Assembly: GCF_037042905.1 (NCBI RefSeq)
Contig: NC_087245.1
Span: forward strand, 558,001 to 622,000
Length of the DNA: 64,000 nt
Source: Lytechinus pictus
Lineage: Eukaryota
Direction of reading: 5' to 3'
Position numbers and translations under genes: made by a program. This document shows, one piece after another, positions 37,401 to 52,339 of the stretch. How positions within the stretch are numbered: the first letter of the stretch is position 1; every line of letters starts with the position of its first letter. The notes beneath the pieces were generated by a model, which ran no database searches, was not told the DNA's origin, and was given only the letters and a program-made list of their open reading frames with translations.

Positions 37401-40400
37401 TTTTTCGTTTCAGAAAATCTTAAATTCCATTTTACCATGTCTGAAATCGGAAATTCTGTTTCCCCATAGACTGTGTGCACATGAAAAAGTGACAATTCCG
37501 TTTACATAGAAAATCAATAAGCAACGAGTTGCGATGACAAAATGCTCGCACAGGTCAAAATTTGCATCTGCCACTGAACTAACAATGCAACTATTTAAAG
37601 AAACATAATTAACATGAATACATCCTCACCTTTCACATAATTAGCATTATTTTGCGGTTGAATGAGATTTTATCGATAAATTTGGGGACTTTTTAGACAT
37701 CGTTTTGAGCAGTCGACGACTTTTGCCTATCCGCCATTTTGGATTTGAGGAGTACCACAATCATGATGTTATGACCGAACGCAGAGGGCAGCAACACACG
37801 GCCGTGTTAATTCTGCCTTTATGCCTACGTGAATGTAATTTCGATATGATTGATTCATGGGGTCAAGTGCAGTCACAATGTGTGGATGGTCATGGTTACA
37901 TCGAAGTGAAATTGTGTTTTTTGGCCAGTTGATATTCGTATTTCGTTGAGGATATGGGAGTAATTTCTGTTGCTTATCTGTGCATTTTGAGGAAAAATAT
38001 GTTTTCCGTGATTTTCCGTTTGAAAAGCCACTTTCCGTTTAAAAAGGCCGATTCGATGAATTCCATCTGTTTCCGTGATCGCGGAAAATCACTGTACCCA
38101 AATACATTGGTGCATTTCACATACAACTAAAAGATGAAATATACCATCAAGTACCAATAATTTAACAACTGCATTAATTTTGATCAGTTTTCTGAGACAA
38201 TCCTAACAAGAGCATCAATTAAAAACGCTTATGTCTTCTAATGCCAGTCCAATTTATCAAAGAGGGTTTTGTAAAGGTGTATTGTCATTTGGTTTACACC
38301 TACTTTTTCTAACTTTTATTTGGTCTTACCCCATAAGGTGTAATCCTAGATCATCTACAACCAGTATGTCTAAAGATCTTTTGATTTAAATGCTAATGAG
38401 GCCAGTAAACATTTTTTGTCTAATTTCAAATTAGGTAACACCCATTTCATCTATTGGCCTAACATCATATACATGTAGTCCATATGACTAAATCAACTGT
38501 TTAAAGGTCAAGTCCACCCCAGAAAAATGTTGATTTGAATAAATAGAGAAAAATCAAACTAGCATAACACTGAAAATTTCATCAAAATCGGATGTAAAAT
38601 AAGAAAGTTATGGCATTTTAAAGTTTCGTTTATTTTTCACTAAACGTTGATATGCACAATTCAGTGTCATGCAAATTAGTCAGTCGATGATGTACATCAC
38701 TCACTATTTCTTTTGTTTTTTATTGTTTTAATTATACAATATTTCATTTTTTAAACATTTGACAATAAGGACCAACTTGACTGAACCATATAGTATTAAA
38801 CAATGCTAATTCCACATGTTCAGGGAGGAATTAATAATTGTTTCACTTGACAATGAGGAGAAAATTAGAATATTTCATATTTCATATAATAAAATACAAA
38901 AGATATAGTGAGTGGATGATGTCATCAGTCTCATCATTTGCATACTGACCAGGATGTATATATATTTTTTTGTGAAATTGAGCGAAACTTTTAAATATCA
39001 TAACTTTCTAATTTTATATCTGATTTTGATGAAATTTTCAGTGTTATGCCTGTTGGATTTTTCTCTTTTTATTCAAATCAACTTTTTGTTGGGGTGGACT
39101 TGTCCTTTATGAACCAATTTGTTCATTTGACAAAGTGCAAAATTACAAGTAGATGAAGTAGAAATAAGACACTCTTGGTGTTGGACTTAATGACAGTTGG
39201 ACCAAATGACGTTTGGGCCAAACATTAATTAGACCAAATTGATATACAGTGCGCATCAAAAAAAAGTTTACACTTTGAAAAAGCCATGGGAATTAAAAAA
39301 TATACAACATGTGGGTAATTTTTTCACATATAATCTTGGGTTTGGGTCTCATCTATCCAATGAAAGTAACAGTTTTGACAGAATGTTACACTTGAGTGAG
39401 CACTGTTCATTTTTGTAAAGGTTGCAGAAACCTGTTTGCGCAGAAATGATTGTTTTCACGCTGTGTCAAGAGGAAAGGGCGAAATCAAACTTACCCTGCG
39501 AAACATTTCTCGTACATTTCCCTTGCACTTTTAGTCAATTGAAATAAAACGGATACATTCAAGCACTTAGTAACAATTTTGCCACCCAAATTGAAATTCC
39601 AACACATAGTAAGCACAACCTTTACCCTTTTTGTGCCAGCTGGATCTGAGGACAAGTGATTCTAAACAAAAGCTTATATCAGACATCTCCAGCATTTTTT
39701 CACTTAGTTTTTATCATTTAAAGTGGGTTTACATTTTATTTTGTCATTTAATACTTGTTTCTCCACACTTTTTCCAAGCTTGACAATGATTAACAAAATA
39801 AAAATCAAACCTAAGCCATTTCATGTAAATCACAGCTCAGTGTAAAGCAAATATCATGACGATGGCCTCGGTGTGTGGAGGAGTGGGGTGGGGCGCAATG
39901 CACTTTTCGAAGTGTTTTGGGCAAGGAAACAAGTTAAAAAAGGTAAAGATATCTTCAAATCAATTTTACTAGCTAAATTCCACATGTTCTTCATGAATAA
40001 GGTCTACTTTTATTTGCATAACTATTTCAAAGTTCTGCGCAAATAATTTTTCACTAACTTTTCAAAAGTAAGTGGTGCTCACCCAAGCGAAAATATTTTT
40101 CGACAGTCATGTCGTCATTTGCTTAAATGGATCTTTACCATTGTTAAAATGTGGAAAAATCTTCAGGATATTACAAATGTATAATTTTACAGGATTTTTT
40201 CTAAGTGTCAACTTTTTTTTGATACGCACTGTAGACCAAGTGTGTTTTAACATGATGGTGTTCAACAATCTGAGAATCAGACCTTCCATTAGTATGCCAA
40301 GTGGATAAAAATCATTTTGAAGATTATCGAAGAGTTGTCTTTAATTTTTTTTGTGTGGGGTATGTATACTTCTGAGAAAGACAACTTGATGCTTTCCAAT

Positions 40401-43400
40401 TAAAACAAATCAATAAACCTTTTAAATATATTAAAAGTAGGTTATTTTATAAAACATATTTTCCCTTAAAATGTTTAAACTATTGTCAATTGTTATTATC
40501 CAATCAGAGGATACCGTATATGTAACTAGTATATTGCCACTGAAATTGGTCTAACGCAACTAGAATACTTGTATTTACTTACTTTGATATAGCCGAGTCT
40601 GCTGATGGTGGTTTTATATTAGACTTGTAGTCTGGTGGTATGTCTTTCAATTTGGATAACTGGAAAAAAAACAATAAAAGATGTTTAGATGTAAAATGAT
40701 TCATAAAGGGTACCTGTAGATGTAATGTTGATACTATGGGATTAATTCAAGGCCATTGAAGGTCATGGCAATGGAAGGTGTCCCACTCATATGGAATTTA
40801 TGCCCTCGTAAGGCCTGGAAATCAACAGATGCTTGGTGCAGTTGAATTATAGCAGTACATCAAATCAATTGAAATAACATATCCAATTGATTTGATACAG
40901 TTGCTGTACGTAACCTTACAAAATATGTACACTAGATGAAAAGGAAAAGAAAAAAATCTTGTTGATTGCGCAGTCATGCGGAAAATTGGTTAGCACATCG
41001 CTAGTGACCTAATCTACAAAATTTGTCTAGCTAGTTAATTTATGAAAATTGCTTCTCATCAATTATGTTAATTTATTCATAAAAAATATGTAAAATCATA
41101 TTTTTCATATTCCCTAAATAAAGCTTCAAATGAGCTAATCTTGTGTGTAGAAACCCTTTGTGGTGTTCTTAGCAAATGTACTTGAAAAAAGGCAATATTG
41201 GATCAATTTCTTAAGTACTATATTGTATTTGCAACTTCTTTGGTATTTTTCTCTTTTTTTTCCTTCTTTCTTCATTGTTTTTTCAATGAAATTTGTTGGT
41301 AATACTTTCAGATCATGACATAAAATCAAGTGATTTGAATGAGTAAAAGAAAGAACATTAATGTGTTTATATTTGGCTGAAACACAATCTGCATTGAAAT
41401 TGTACACAAAACCATGTTACCTGTTTAACTTCCACATTTTCATAAACATCAAAGATAACAGTGGCTGTGATTTCATCATGAATCTTGTCTATTGTTGCTG
41501 GGTAATACCTGGAAGAAAAACAAAGTTATTAAAAAATATATACAGTATATGATCTCTTGTGCCATTCCAGTCAAGCTACTACTGAAACACTGCCATCAAT
41601 TAATCAAAAATATTCACAACCAAAAAAAAAAAAAATTTAATTATAACCATCTTCTGTACAAGTTTGAAACAAAAGGATGATGCACTTTTAGCCTACATGT
41701 ATTTTAAGAACTCATCTATAACTAAAAAGTAAAAAGGTGTTAGCAGATAGAGCAGATCACCGAGAGGCGAATTCAGTGATACTTGTTAACAGGGACAACT
41801 AAACTTGACTTTAGATTTACTATAACTACTAATTGTGATGTGTCAAGTTTTGCAAAACAGACTTTCTTAGAGGGCCGACCAGCGCTATAAGCGTTGTGGC
41901 CCAGTGGATTAGTCTTCGGACTTTGAAACAGAGGGTCGTGGGTTCGAATCCCAGCCATGGCGTAATTTCCTTCGGCAAGAAATTTATCCACATTGTGCTG
42001 CACTCGACCCAGGTGAGGTAAATGGGTACCCGGCAGGATTAATTCCTTGAATGCTTGAGCGCCTAGGCAGCCCAGCTAAAGCCGGGGTAATAATAGCAGG
42101 GCCCGCTGGGAGAACAGTTTTCGGAACTGAAGCGGCTACCCTGGGTAAATATACCGCTATTATTATTATTATTATTATAATCTTACAGACAATACAATCA
42201 GAGATCTATTTTGGCACGTTGTGGACTAAATTCTAAAATCCAGAATCATTATTCTAAAATATTTGTGGTAATCACAGATATATTAACACTCGAGTATAAT
42301 TCTGAATTTGAATCGTCTTATATTTTATCTATTTAACACCAAATGTTCCATTACATTTGGGGGCATGAATTTTCACCTGCCAATGCATTTGTCTAAAAGT
42401 TTGTTAATTAAAGTTTGAAGAGGAGCCAATTTTCTCTTCAGAAAAAAGGGATACACCACACACTCTCTTTAATTTTTTTTTCCCATTCTCATTTTTTATA
42501 ATTTTTTAATCACTTTAAATACCATGGGGGATTACCCCTGTGTGCAAGATAGGTGAATACAGATACTAATTTTCTTTGTGCTTCTAAAACTCACTGTTGT
42601 TCCTTGCTCCAGCATGCTAAGCATCTATCTCCTACATTCCATGGATGTGAGACAGTATCTTCTACTTCTGCTTCAGCTGATGATGTACTTGCTCCTTGTG
42701 ATGCACTCAGAAGATCAGATGTCAGTTCTATCACTTCCTGTTCAAAACAAATAAAAGAAAAGCTTATATTGTGATAGGCAACACTCTTACTTAGATATTT
42801 GGTGACATTGCTAGGAAATTGCAATTGTCATGAATTCTGACATGAACATGTACAGCGTACATTGCTTGCATACTTCTGCAGTTCAGCATGCTAACATGAG
42901 CAACACCTTCAATTGATTTTTTTTTTTAAATTCAACTTGTGGTGAATGTATCAGATTAGATTTAGAACAGATTAAAACTTAAACACATCACTAGTATACA
43001 AGTGAGTCAAATGCAATGTTCATGTAGAGTGTGTAGGAGAAAATTTCATCTTTGATTGAAGAATTTGAAGAACTTTGAAGATTGAAAGTGGAAGTTTGCA
43101 CAAAATGAGTTGTGCAAAGTTATGCAAATCTACAAGAAACTCATTTGCATAATTGAAAGAAATAACCTAAAAATTGGTGGCAGATTCCAAAATTAAAATC
43201 CTCCAATGGCAATGCAACCAAGATTTGTGATGTAACACATGTGTAACTCTCTCCTTTGGACAATGAAAACATACCCAAAACATCTCATTCATGATATAAT
43301 GTGAAACCTGTACTACATGTCGTCACGTAAAGAGAACACCTAATCTTGTAGTAAACTACATGTAGATAAAAGAGAAAATTGAGGAGAAATATGTACACGA

Positions 43401-46267
43401 AAATTACAGAATCCACAGATCTTGGTCACATAGCCAATGGGAGAATTGACAAAGCATTAGCGATCTCAATATGCTTACATTGTACTTCCTTATTTTTCTC
43501 AAACTTTTATTGACCTGTTTCTTTGATTTTTCTCTTTTATATGAATTCAAATAAATAATACCATGACCAAGCATAATAAAACTTAAATCATCCATGTCAA
43601 CCTTTATACCAGTACCTATGCCAAACATCTTTCTCCACTGATAAAATAAAAGGGGAGCTTAAGGTTGACAAGTGGAATGCCTCTGGCGGTCTCACCTGCA
43701 TCACGCGATTCAATATAGCAGCAGTGCTGACTTTGAAAACAACCTTTTAATAATTATTCACAAAAAACACCATTCACATGATGCAATACTACGTTCATTG
43801 ACATTTGACCTTGATAATGTGACCTACATTGTCAGTGATACATTACCCCTATATCCACATTTTATACACTATATCTATAAACTTTGAAAGTTTTGACAGT
43901 AATCTAATAATTACCCCTAAAATGGCCAAAGTTCAATGACCTTAAATGACCTTTGACTTTGGTCATGTGACCTGAAACTTGCATGAGATGTTCAGTGATA
44001 CTTGACGACTCTTATGTCCAAGTTTTAAGAAATAGACCAATATACTTACAGAGTTATGATGGTAATTCAACAAATACCCCCAACATGGCCAAAGTTCATT
44101 GACCCTAAATGACCTTTGACCTTAATCATGTGACCTGAAACTTGCACAGGATGTTCAGTGATACTTGATTACTATTATGTCCAAGTTTCAAATTTTTTTA
44201 AAGTTATGATGGTAATTCAACAGATACCCCCAATTTGGCCTAAGTTCATTGACCCTAAATGACCTTTGACCATGGTCATTTGACGTGAAACTCATGCAGG
44301 ATGTTTAGTAATACTTGATTAACCTTATGTCCAAGTTTAATTAACTAGGTCCATATATTTTCTAAGTTATGATGACATTTCAAAAACTCAACCTTAGGTT
44401 AAGATTTTGATATTGATTCCCAACATGGTCTAAGTTCATTGACCCTAAATGACCTTTGACCTTGGTCATGTGACCTGAAACTCAGGCAGGATGTTCAGTA
44501 ATACTTGATTAACCTTATGGCCAAGTTTCGTGAACTAGGTCTATATACTTTCTAAGTTATGCTGTCATTTCAAAAACTTCACCTTCGGTTAAGATTTGGT
44601 GTTGACGCCGCCGCCGTCGGAAAAGCAGCGCCTATAGTCTCACTCTGCTATGCAGGAGACAAAAATTATATATGATTTGTGTCAAATGAACATATTCATC
44701 AGACAAACAAAACACTGAAAACTTCATTAAAATTGAACAGGAAATAAAGTTGTGACATTTAAAGTTTTGCATTTTTCTAGTGAAACAGTTAGTTAGATAA
44801 ATATCTTCATGAATATCCAATGAGCAAGATGATGATGTCATATCTCCACTTATTTATTTTTTACTTTTATTCTATGAAATTATAATTCATTTTTTTCTCA
44901 AACAATGAACAATAAAATGGATTGGCTATTGTTATTAAACATGTAATATAATCGATGAGCAACTTATTTTGTTACAAGGAAGAAATATCATACACACATG
45001 TAGGTACAGTATGAAAATATGAAATTATTATGATTTAATGTAAAAGGAAGTGGGGACGTGACATCAGCTCTCCTGCATATTCATGACAGCGTGCACTGCA
45101 AATAACTATTTTCACAAAATATTGCTTAACTTTGAAATTCAATAACTTTGTTATTTTTTATAAGATTTGGATGAAACTTTCAGCATTTCAACTTCGACTT
45201 TTAGTACATGTATTTCCTGAAACAAGTGGAATGCCTCTGGCCGTCTCACCTGCATCACGCGATTCAATATAGCAGCAGTGCTGATTTTGAAAACTACTAT
45301 AACTCGCACAAGATGTTCAGTGATACTTGGTTACTCTTATTTCCACGTTTTATGAACTAGACCAATACACTTATAGAGATATGATGGCAATTCAACAAAT
45401 ACCCCCAACGTGGCCAAAGTTCTTTGACCTTACATGACCTTTGACCTTGATCATGTGACCTGAAACTCGCACAGGATGTTCAGTGATACTTGATTACTAT
45501 TATGTCCAAGTTTTATGAACTAGACCAACACACTTTCAAATTTATGGCTGTAATTCAACAAATACCCCAATTTTGCCAAAGTTCATTGACCCTAAATGAC
45601 CTTTGACCTTGATCATGTGACCTGAAACTTGCACAGGATGTTCAGTAATACTTGATTACTATTATGTCCAAGTTTCATGAATCAGATCCATAAACTTTCA
45701 AAGTTATGATGGTAATTCAACAGATACCCCCAATTCGGCCAAAGTTCATTGACCCTAAATGACCTTTGACCTTGGTCATGTGATGTGAAACTCATGCAGG
45801 ATGTTCAGTGATACTTGATTAACCTTATGTATAAGTTTCATGAACTAGGTCCATATATTTTCTAAGTTATGATGACATTTCAAAAACTTAACCTTAGGTT
45901 AAGATTTTGATGTTGATTCCCCCAACATGGTCTAAGTTCATTGACCCTAAATGACCTTTGACCTTGGTCATGTGACATGAAACTCAGGCAGGATGTTCAG
46001 TAATACTTGATTAACCTTATGGCCAAGTTTCATGAACTAGGTCCATATACTTTCTAAGTTATGCTGTCATTTCAAAAACTTAACCTCAGGTTAAGATTTG
46101 GTGTTGACGCCGCCGTCGCCGCCGCCGCCGCCGTCGGAAAAGCGGCGCCTATAGTCTCACTCTGCTATGCAGGTGAGACAAAAATGAAATAAAAGACTTA
46201 CCCCTAAATCATGCTTTAGTTTTAATAGTTCCTCATTATCTGGATCATTTGTCAAGGCTGCTTCCAC
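34483..46267 (-). CDS. SMNDC1: Survival motor neuron domain-containing protein 1 / splicing factor SPF30, 5'-partial; complement(join(34483..34632,35721..35847,40583..40659,41421..41508,42595..42737,46202..46267))
   Basis: VEAALTNDPDNEELLKLKHDLGEVIELT; Tudor domain WNVGDRCLACWSKEQQYYPATID...VIFDVYENVEV with intact aromatic-cage residues; QREYKKKK; KSIFASP...GKVGVGTCG. All GT-AG junctions are in phase. Confidence 0.95.
36109..36902. mobile_element. Helentron-derived (HINE-like) element with internal ~165-195-bp tandem units
   Basis: Subterminal IR GTCTCACCTGCAT / ATGCAGGTGAGAC, terminal stem-loop, A-rich flanks with no TSD. Confidence 0.8.
38505..39106. mobile_element. Kolobok-like MITE
   Basis: TTAA|AGGTCAAGTCCACCCC...GGGGTGGACTTGTCCT|TTAT with long imperfect TIRs. 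Confidence 0.8.
39247..40231. mobile_element. Tc1/mariner-type non-autonomous element
   Basis: TA|CAGTGCGCATCAAAAAAAAGTT...AACTTTTTTTTGATACGCACTG|TA. Confidence 0.85.
41890..42177 (+). mobile_element. tRNA-derived SINE
   Basis: A box, B box GGTTCGAATCCC, (ATT)n tail; paralog of 816-1102. Confidence 0.85.
43668..44665. mobile_element. Helentron-derived (HINE-like) satellite element
   Basis: Same termini and tandem units as 36109-36902. Confidence 0.8.
45220..46184. mobile_element. Helentron-derived (HINE-like) satellite element
   Basis: Nearly identical to 36109-36902 with one extra unit; ends 17 bp from the SMNDC1 exon at 46202. Confidence 0.85.
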
Positions 46268-47213
46268 CTGAAAGAGAGAGAGAGAGGAATCAATCAAACA
46301 GTAGAAGAGAGGGGCAAATAGAGTATTAATTATGATAATGTTTAGAGTTGATGCCAAAATCGTTGGTTATTTATTGCTTTGAATTTGACAAGTATTATCA
46401 GAAGTACATGTACACATGTACATTGCAAACAACACAATCTAAGAAATTCAAGTACCGGTAATTTAAAAAAATATTAATTTATAATATATCTTTCATATTT
46501 ACAATTGAATCAAAATATAACATGTACAGAAACTTGTACAAACACTTTTCTTATTTTCTTCCCCAACTTATGCGTTGAATTTAATCTTCCAATCTAGGTC
46601 CATAGGGGCCCCCATATATATTTTTTTGAAAAAATATGTTTTCTTTTATTTTCTCACATTTTCTCCCTCTTTTTCCCACCCGTTTTCCTTTTTTTTCAAC
46701 CAAACTTTAAATATCGAAATGGGCGGCAATCTCTCTGACCCCTCATGCTTTATCATTAGATAAAAAACATGAAAACAAATTTTTCAAAAAGAAATTATGT
46801 ATGGTAAAGAAAACATGTTTATAACGTTCAGCAATAAAAAAAAACGCGATACAAAACTAAGATGATACTAAACATGCTAAATCATTTATCGATTTTCATT
46901 TCATTTTCATAATCATTTTTTTTTGCTGAGATTAATTTCAATCAATAAAAATTGTTGGATTTGTGCTAACTTAATTGAGATATGATGAATAAACAAAAAA
47001 AAAATCTGTGTGGTAACAAAATAGCTAATTAAAATATAGATTAGGTCTGTAGCTTACGAATCCATCATTACAAATGAAGATAAGTTGTACCTATAAAAAA
47101 AAAGGTTGGAAAGTACATACGAAAAGGCGCATTTTTAATCGTTGGTTAGGCCCTATGTCATATCAAAGCAGTACGTCTCGACTTCTTTGAAATGTTGAAC
47201 ATATATTTTTTGT

Positions 47214-49049
47214 TAGGGCCATGCATTTTATGTTGGGCCCGCAAATAGGTGGTATCGTTACATTTGCATGACAAGCAAAGAAATGATTAATGGTATAAAA
47301 CTTTAAATACATGTGCTACATGGGTATATTTGGTATCCGATCACCAACTACTTTAAAGAAAAAGAAATGCCTGAAATTACTTCATTTACCAGTAATTAGC
47401 AATTATATACATTGTATTACATCAATTGGCCATTTTTGCATGGTGGTAGACGAGGGGAGCATAAATTTTTATTTCATTAAGAAACTAAATGTGTAACATC
47501 ACAGTACTGTACCAAAATATGTAATAGTTAGGGGGCTCAATGGCTTATTCTTTAATCATAAGTGAGTCAAATTTGAACTTTTAAGTTTAAAGGATACATA
47601 ATTAAGCTAATTTAGTATAATTAATTGATGTAAATCATGAAGTTAATACAATTGAAATTGTGGCTGTCTGATGTAAAGAAAATGAGAGATAGAATATAGT
47701 TGTGGGTTACATGTACATGTGCACCTTCAATAAAATTTAGAAGCTGCAAAAAATTCAAAAGGAGAAGCACAAACTAATTAAGGACTTCGAGAGAAATTAA
47801 TCTACCGGTATTGTTAATTATGACCTAATGGTTTCAATGTTGACAGTGTAGACTGACAGTGATGACTTTGAGTCTTTAATGTGTCGGAATCTTCAAATAA
47901 TTCTGGTAACATTCTGGTAACATAACAGATAGCCACTACACGTTTTATACAATTTTGATTGCTGAATACTTGTTAGTAGCAATAAAGCCCTCATCTGATG
48001 CCATTTACTTTTTCTTAATGTTACATCACACTGCGTACAATCAGTAGATGACACATTACAATGTGACGACACCTATTTGGCTGGCACAAAGGTATCCAGA
48101 GAATATTTATCCCAATTATCAAAAAACTACTTGAGAACGACACTGGTACAAAGAGTACACTAAAACAGAGGCAATTGTACCCAATTCTACCCATAGAATG
48201 TGTTTTGTATTGGCATTGACATTTAACCCAGTACCAAGAGACCATGTTCTGCAGAATGTCAAGCAAAAGGGTATATTTAAAACACTATAAAATAACATAA
48301 TTGAAGTATTTTTGCCAGGCGTACTTGGATTTATTTATAACATGTTAGTGGTTTTTGTTCACACTATTAAAGCAGTTATAAGAAGTTTTCATTGTGCATT
48401 CATATTTTTCCTATATTTATGTTAAAACTTTCTCTCAGTTGTCAACCTTTGGTCCACCGGTCTTTGAGCAAGAGATGACAAATCCCATGATTTGAGTCAC
48501 ATGAAATAATTTTTTATTCATAATGACCACAGTAAACATATTTAAATATACTGGTTAGTGTTTGCAAGTATATTCATGCAACTAAAGGCAAGACTGCATA
48601 ATATTTTTGGGGTAAATGAGGCATTGTTACATATTTACCCGAAAAATGGTGATGTGAAATTTTGTCTTAAAAGATGATTGTGCAAAATTATTTTGGTAAG
48701 AGATATCCCTACCAAGTTATATATCATTGGAAAGGTCTCACTCTAAAGAGTTGAAATATGCATGTTATTTTCCTATAGGGGTAAAGTTTTTCTGATTCTA
48801 AGATTTATTGGGAAGTATATTTTTTCAGTTTTCCACATATTTTGACATTTAACTTTTTATGACATTACCCTATGCCTTTACTGATTGCATTTTTGAATTC
48901 CTCAGACAATCTCCTTTCAGAATATATATACTTTTATGGGTATAGGATGTAAAACATAATTAAAAAATGCAATTGAATGAAATGGTGCGATTTTGGAGGA
49001 AAATTGGAGATGTAACGGAAATGGGCCCAACTCAAAACGCATGGCCTTA
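47214..49049. mobile_element. Old non-autonomous TIR transposon
   Basis: TAGGGCCATGCATTTTATGTTGGGCCC versus the inverted TAAGGCCATGCGTTTTGAGTTGGGCCC. Confidence 0.55.
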
Positions 49050-49959
49050 TATTCTTGAAGCTTGTGTTCTTATATAAACTTCTATAAAGTTATCAACTTT
49101 AAATATGACCAACGTTTATGATCATTGTCATTTTTATCATTGATTGTTTCTGTATACAGTATTTTCTTTTTCCATTGTGGATTGATTTCACATAATTGTG
49201 CTATATTTTATTATTGCAAAGCACTACTTTTCCCGCTTGACATGTTTGCAGCAATTTTCATATTTTTCTTGTCTTCTGATAATTTTCATGCAAAGGTTTA
49301 GGCTTATACTCTAAACACTCACATTTTTTTCACACGCAGCCTCTCATATTTTTCTTTTTAGTCTCATACATCAGACACGTTGATTTTGTTTACTCCATTC
49401 AAACCATATTTTTACCTCATCAAAAAACATTGAAAGCATAATTTGCAAAATTATCACTATAAATAAGTATTCTCAACGTTCTCGCCAGGTTCGCTCTGAC
49501 GCTTGGCGGCGCTAAACGACGCAAACCGCGCAGCGGCCTCGGTGCGTGCAAAGCACGCACGGGGGGAGGGTTCGGGAGGGGGGTTTGCGGTAGCTATCGA
49601 AAATATCAATATCAACGAGCTTAGATTGCTGCTAAATGCACCACATTTAATGCTTCTCCGGCCACACAGCCGTAACGGTTGCTCGAATTGCGATTGAAGC
49701 AGAAAGGCAATTACTGATAACTAAATAAGTCAATCTCATTTTATACTTACAGTTTATAGCTTATTCACATCGATAAATTAACTCCATACTTTCCAATGTT
49801 CAGATCGATATCGCTACATCCTTAGAAAGTGCGATTTATTTTGTGAATGCGTGTTGTTTCTTATGTCAATGACCGACTGCATCTACGGACCGCATGAGTA
49901 GCCCTTTGAGCTTGCGCTGCGTCACGCCCTTACTAAATCCAAAGATTGTTCCGACTTTA

Positions 49960-50111
49960 TACCTCGGTCACATTTGTTCTACGGCGGTCGTATGGCGAGT
50001 CGAAAACAGCCGTTTTTTAAACATTTTTTGTACCAGCTGAATATAGGTGGTTTGAATAAAAATGAATAAAACGGCTGTTTTCGACTCGCCGTAGAGCAAA
50101 TGACCGAGGTA
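49960..50111. mobile_element. Palindromic MITE
   Basis: TACCTCGGTCACATTTG...CAAATGACCGAGGTA; inner IR GGCGAGTCGAAAACAGCCGTTT. Confidence 0.75.
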
Positions 50112-52339
50112 CCGGTATTATTTGGAAGCCTCGGAAGTTTTCTTCCGAGGCTTCCAAATAATGGGCATCAGTATTCATGAGACGGGGTCCCCAACTTATA
50201 TAATTTGCATGGTTTTTTGTTTGGTTTATTCGATACTCACTGAAACTATAACTATAGGTCTCTCCTCACTGAACGCAGGAACAAGAAAATAGGCAACCTC
50301 ACAAAGAAGCGACAACGGTCAAACAGATTTAGACGACATACCAACAACAATGATGTATCCCCCCATTTGGTTGTTAATCTCTCATCCTCCCCTCTCTCCC
50401 AAGCAGAAACCTCTCTTCTCTCTAAAGGTCTCAAGTTTTGCCCCACGCCACCAGAAGTTGTACAGATAGCTCTCAGCCAAGACCTCTCTACATTCTATCG
50501 CAGGATACGTCTCAAAGAGTTCTTTTTAGATGCACCCCCTTCTGATCCCGAGCCCTTTTACAAGAAAAGCACATGGATTCCACCTAAGAATAGAGTTCCT
50601 TCCCTTGAAACTTACATCCAAGCTGTCTCATCCCAAGTTCGCTCCACAGATACCCTCGACACCAGAGCACATGACAACCTTCCTCGAGAAGAACGCCAGG
50701 CTCTCTCATCACTCAAAAACAGGTCCGACATCATCATCAAGCCTGCAGACAAAGGATCAGCCGTCGTTGTTATGGACCGCCAGCAGTACATTGATGAAGC
50801 CATGAAACATCTCAATAATCGATCTCACTATGCACTCCTCGATTCTGACCCTACTTGTAATTTCTCCCTACAGATCCAATCGACACTGAATGACATGAAA
50901 GAACACGAGCATCTCTCTGAGAAGGCCCACAAATTTCTCTCCCCTACTAATGCTAAACCTGCCCGCTTCTATCTCCTCCCGAAGATCCACAAACCTGGCA
51001 ACCCCGGTCGACCCATCTAGTCTAGGTGATTGGTGAAAAAAATGTTCAGAAAATGGTACAAGCATGAAAATCGGCACAAAGGTAAAGTAAGTTATTCTAA
51101 ACATTTTTAGCAGGGGGTGCCAACGTGAGTTCACCAAACATAGCAACGGTTGCTAGGTAACATATTTACCTTAGTAACTGAGCTTAATTGGGCTTGAGTT
51201 ACATTTTCACAGGCGATATGTCATACAAATTTTAATCTAAAGCACGTTCCTTTGTATCACAATAGTTTTGATCCATTTATTCATAACAACGGTTGCTAAT
51301 TAAGTGACCCTCTTCCGTAGCAACAAATTCTTTGTCTTAGTTCAGATCATTATAATTTACTCAGAATAGCTCAGAAATTAAATCTGGCCCTTAGATTCAT
51401 CATTGTGATGAATGTTGCCACAGGTAGGCAAAATGAGCACCTTAGCAACCGTTGCTAAGTAACATTTTCCACGGTAACCAATTATTATAGGGTATCTTTT
51501 TAATGATTATAATTTCTATGAATCGCATCTTTTTATTAGCGCATTAATACATTAATCACAACAACCCAAGAACAATTATACCATGTATACAAGCCCATGC
51601 GAAGTACCAGTTGGTAAGTTATGTTTTCTGTAGCAAACAGTGGTTACAGGCCGTAAGGTAAGATTATTGATGTGTGTAAATCAAAGAGGTACTAATAGAT
51701 GCTTAACAAGTAAAACCTTGCACAAATTAAACTACCTCATGATATGGTTCTTATTTCCAAAGACAATGTCTATGGGTTCCATATTTATTGGTACAATAAT
51801 ATCTATTGCATGTGAAAAGAACCTCAAAGAAAGAAAATGAGAGATGTGAATATGAGGAGCCAAAAATAAAACAGAGCTTGTTGGTTGAATGCTCCAAAGA
51901 ATATGCGGTGAGAGTCGCATAAAAATATCAATATTTTTTCTGGATTAATTTAAACATTATGTAAAAGATTGATCGACCCTCGGAAATAATTCGACAATAT
52001 CAACATTTAGCAAGAGGTCACTCTTGTACATGTAGAAGAACGGTTACAAGTGCTCCCAGGAGGTTATGGGTACTTACAACCTAAATATCTCTGATCTTGG
52101 AGAGATTAAAGAATGACAACCAAGAATTGATTGAGTCAACTAAGTTTAAAATTATTTCAAACACCAAAAACTTGCCAGAAGTTAATTTTCAATTGAGTGC
52201 TTGAATACCACTTTATCCCTTGCTAACAGTAGTCGGCCTCTTGAAAGCCAACACACTTTGCCTTGGTTTACCTACACCCTTCCGTAGCCTGCGATGAAGA
52301 TCGTATTAGTTCTCCATGCCGTTCCCAAACTGGATGCCA

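Noticed and set aside
46268..46357. N-terminal extension of ORF 46157..46357
   Set aside because: Intron read-through from a TTG across a polypyrimidine acceptor.
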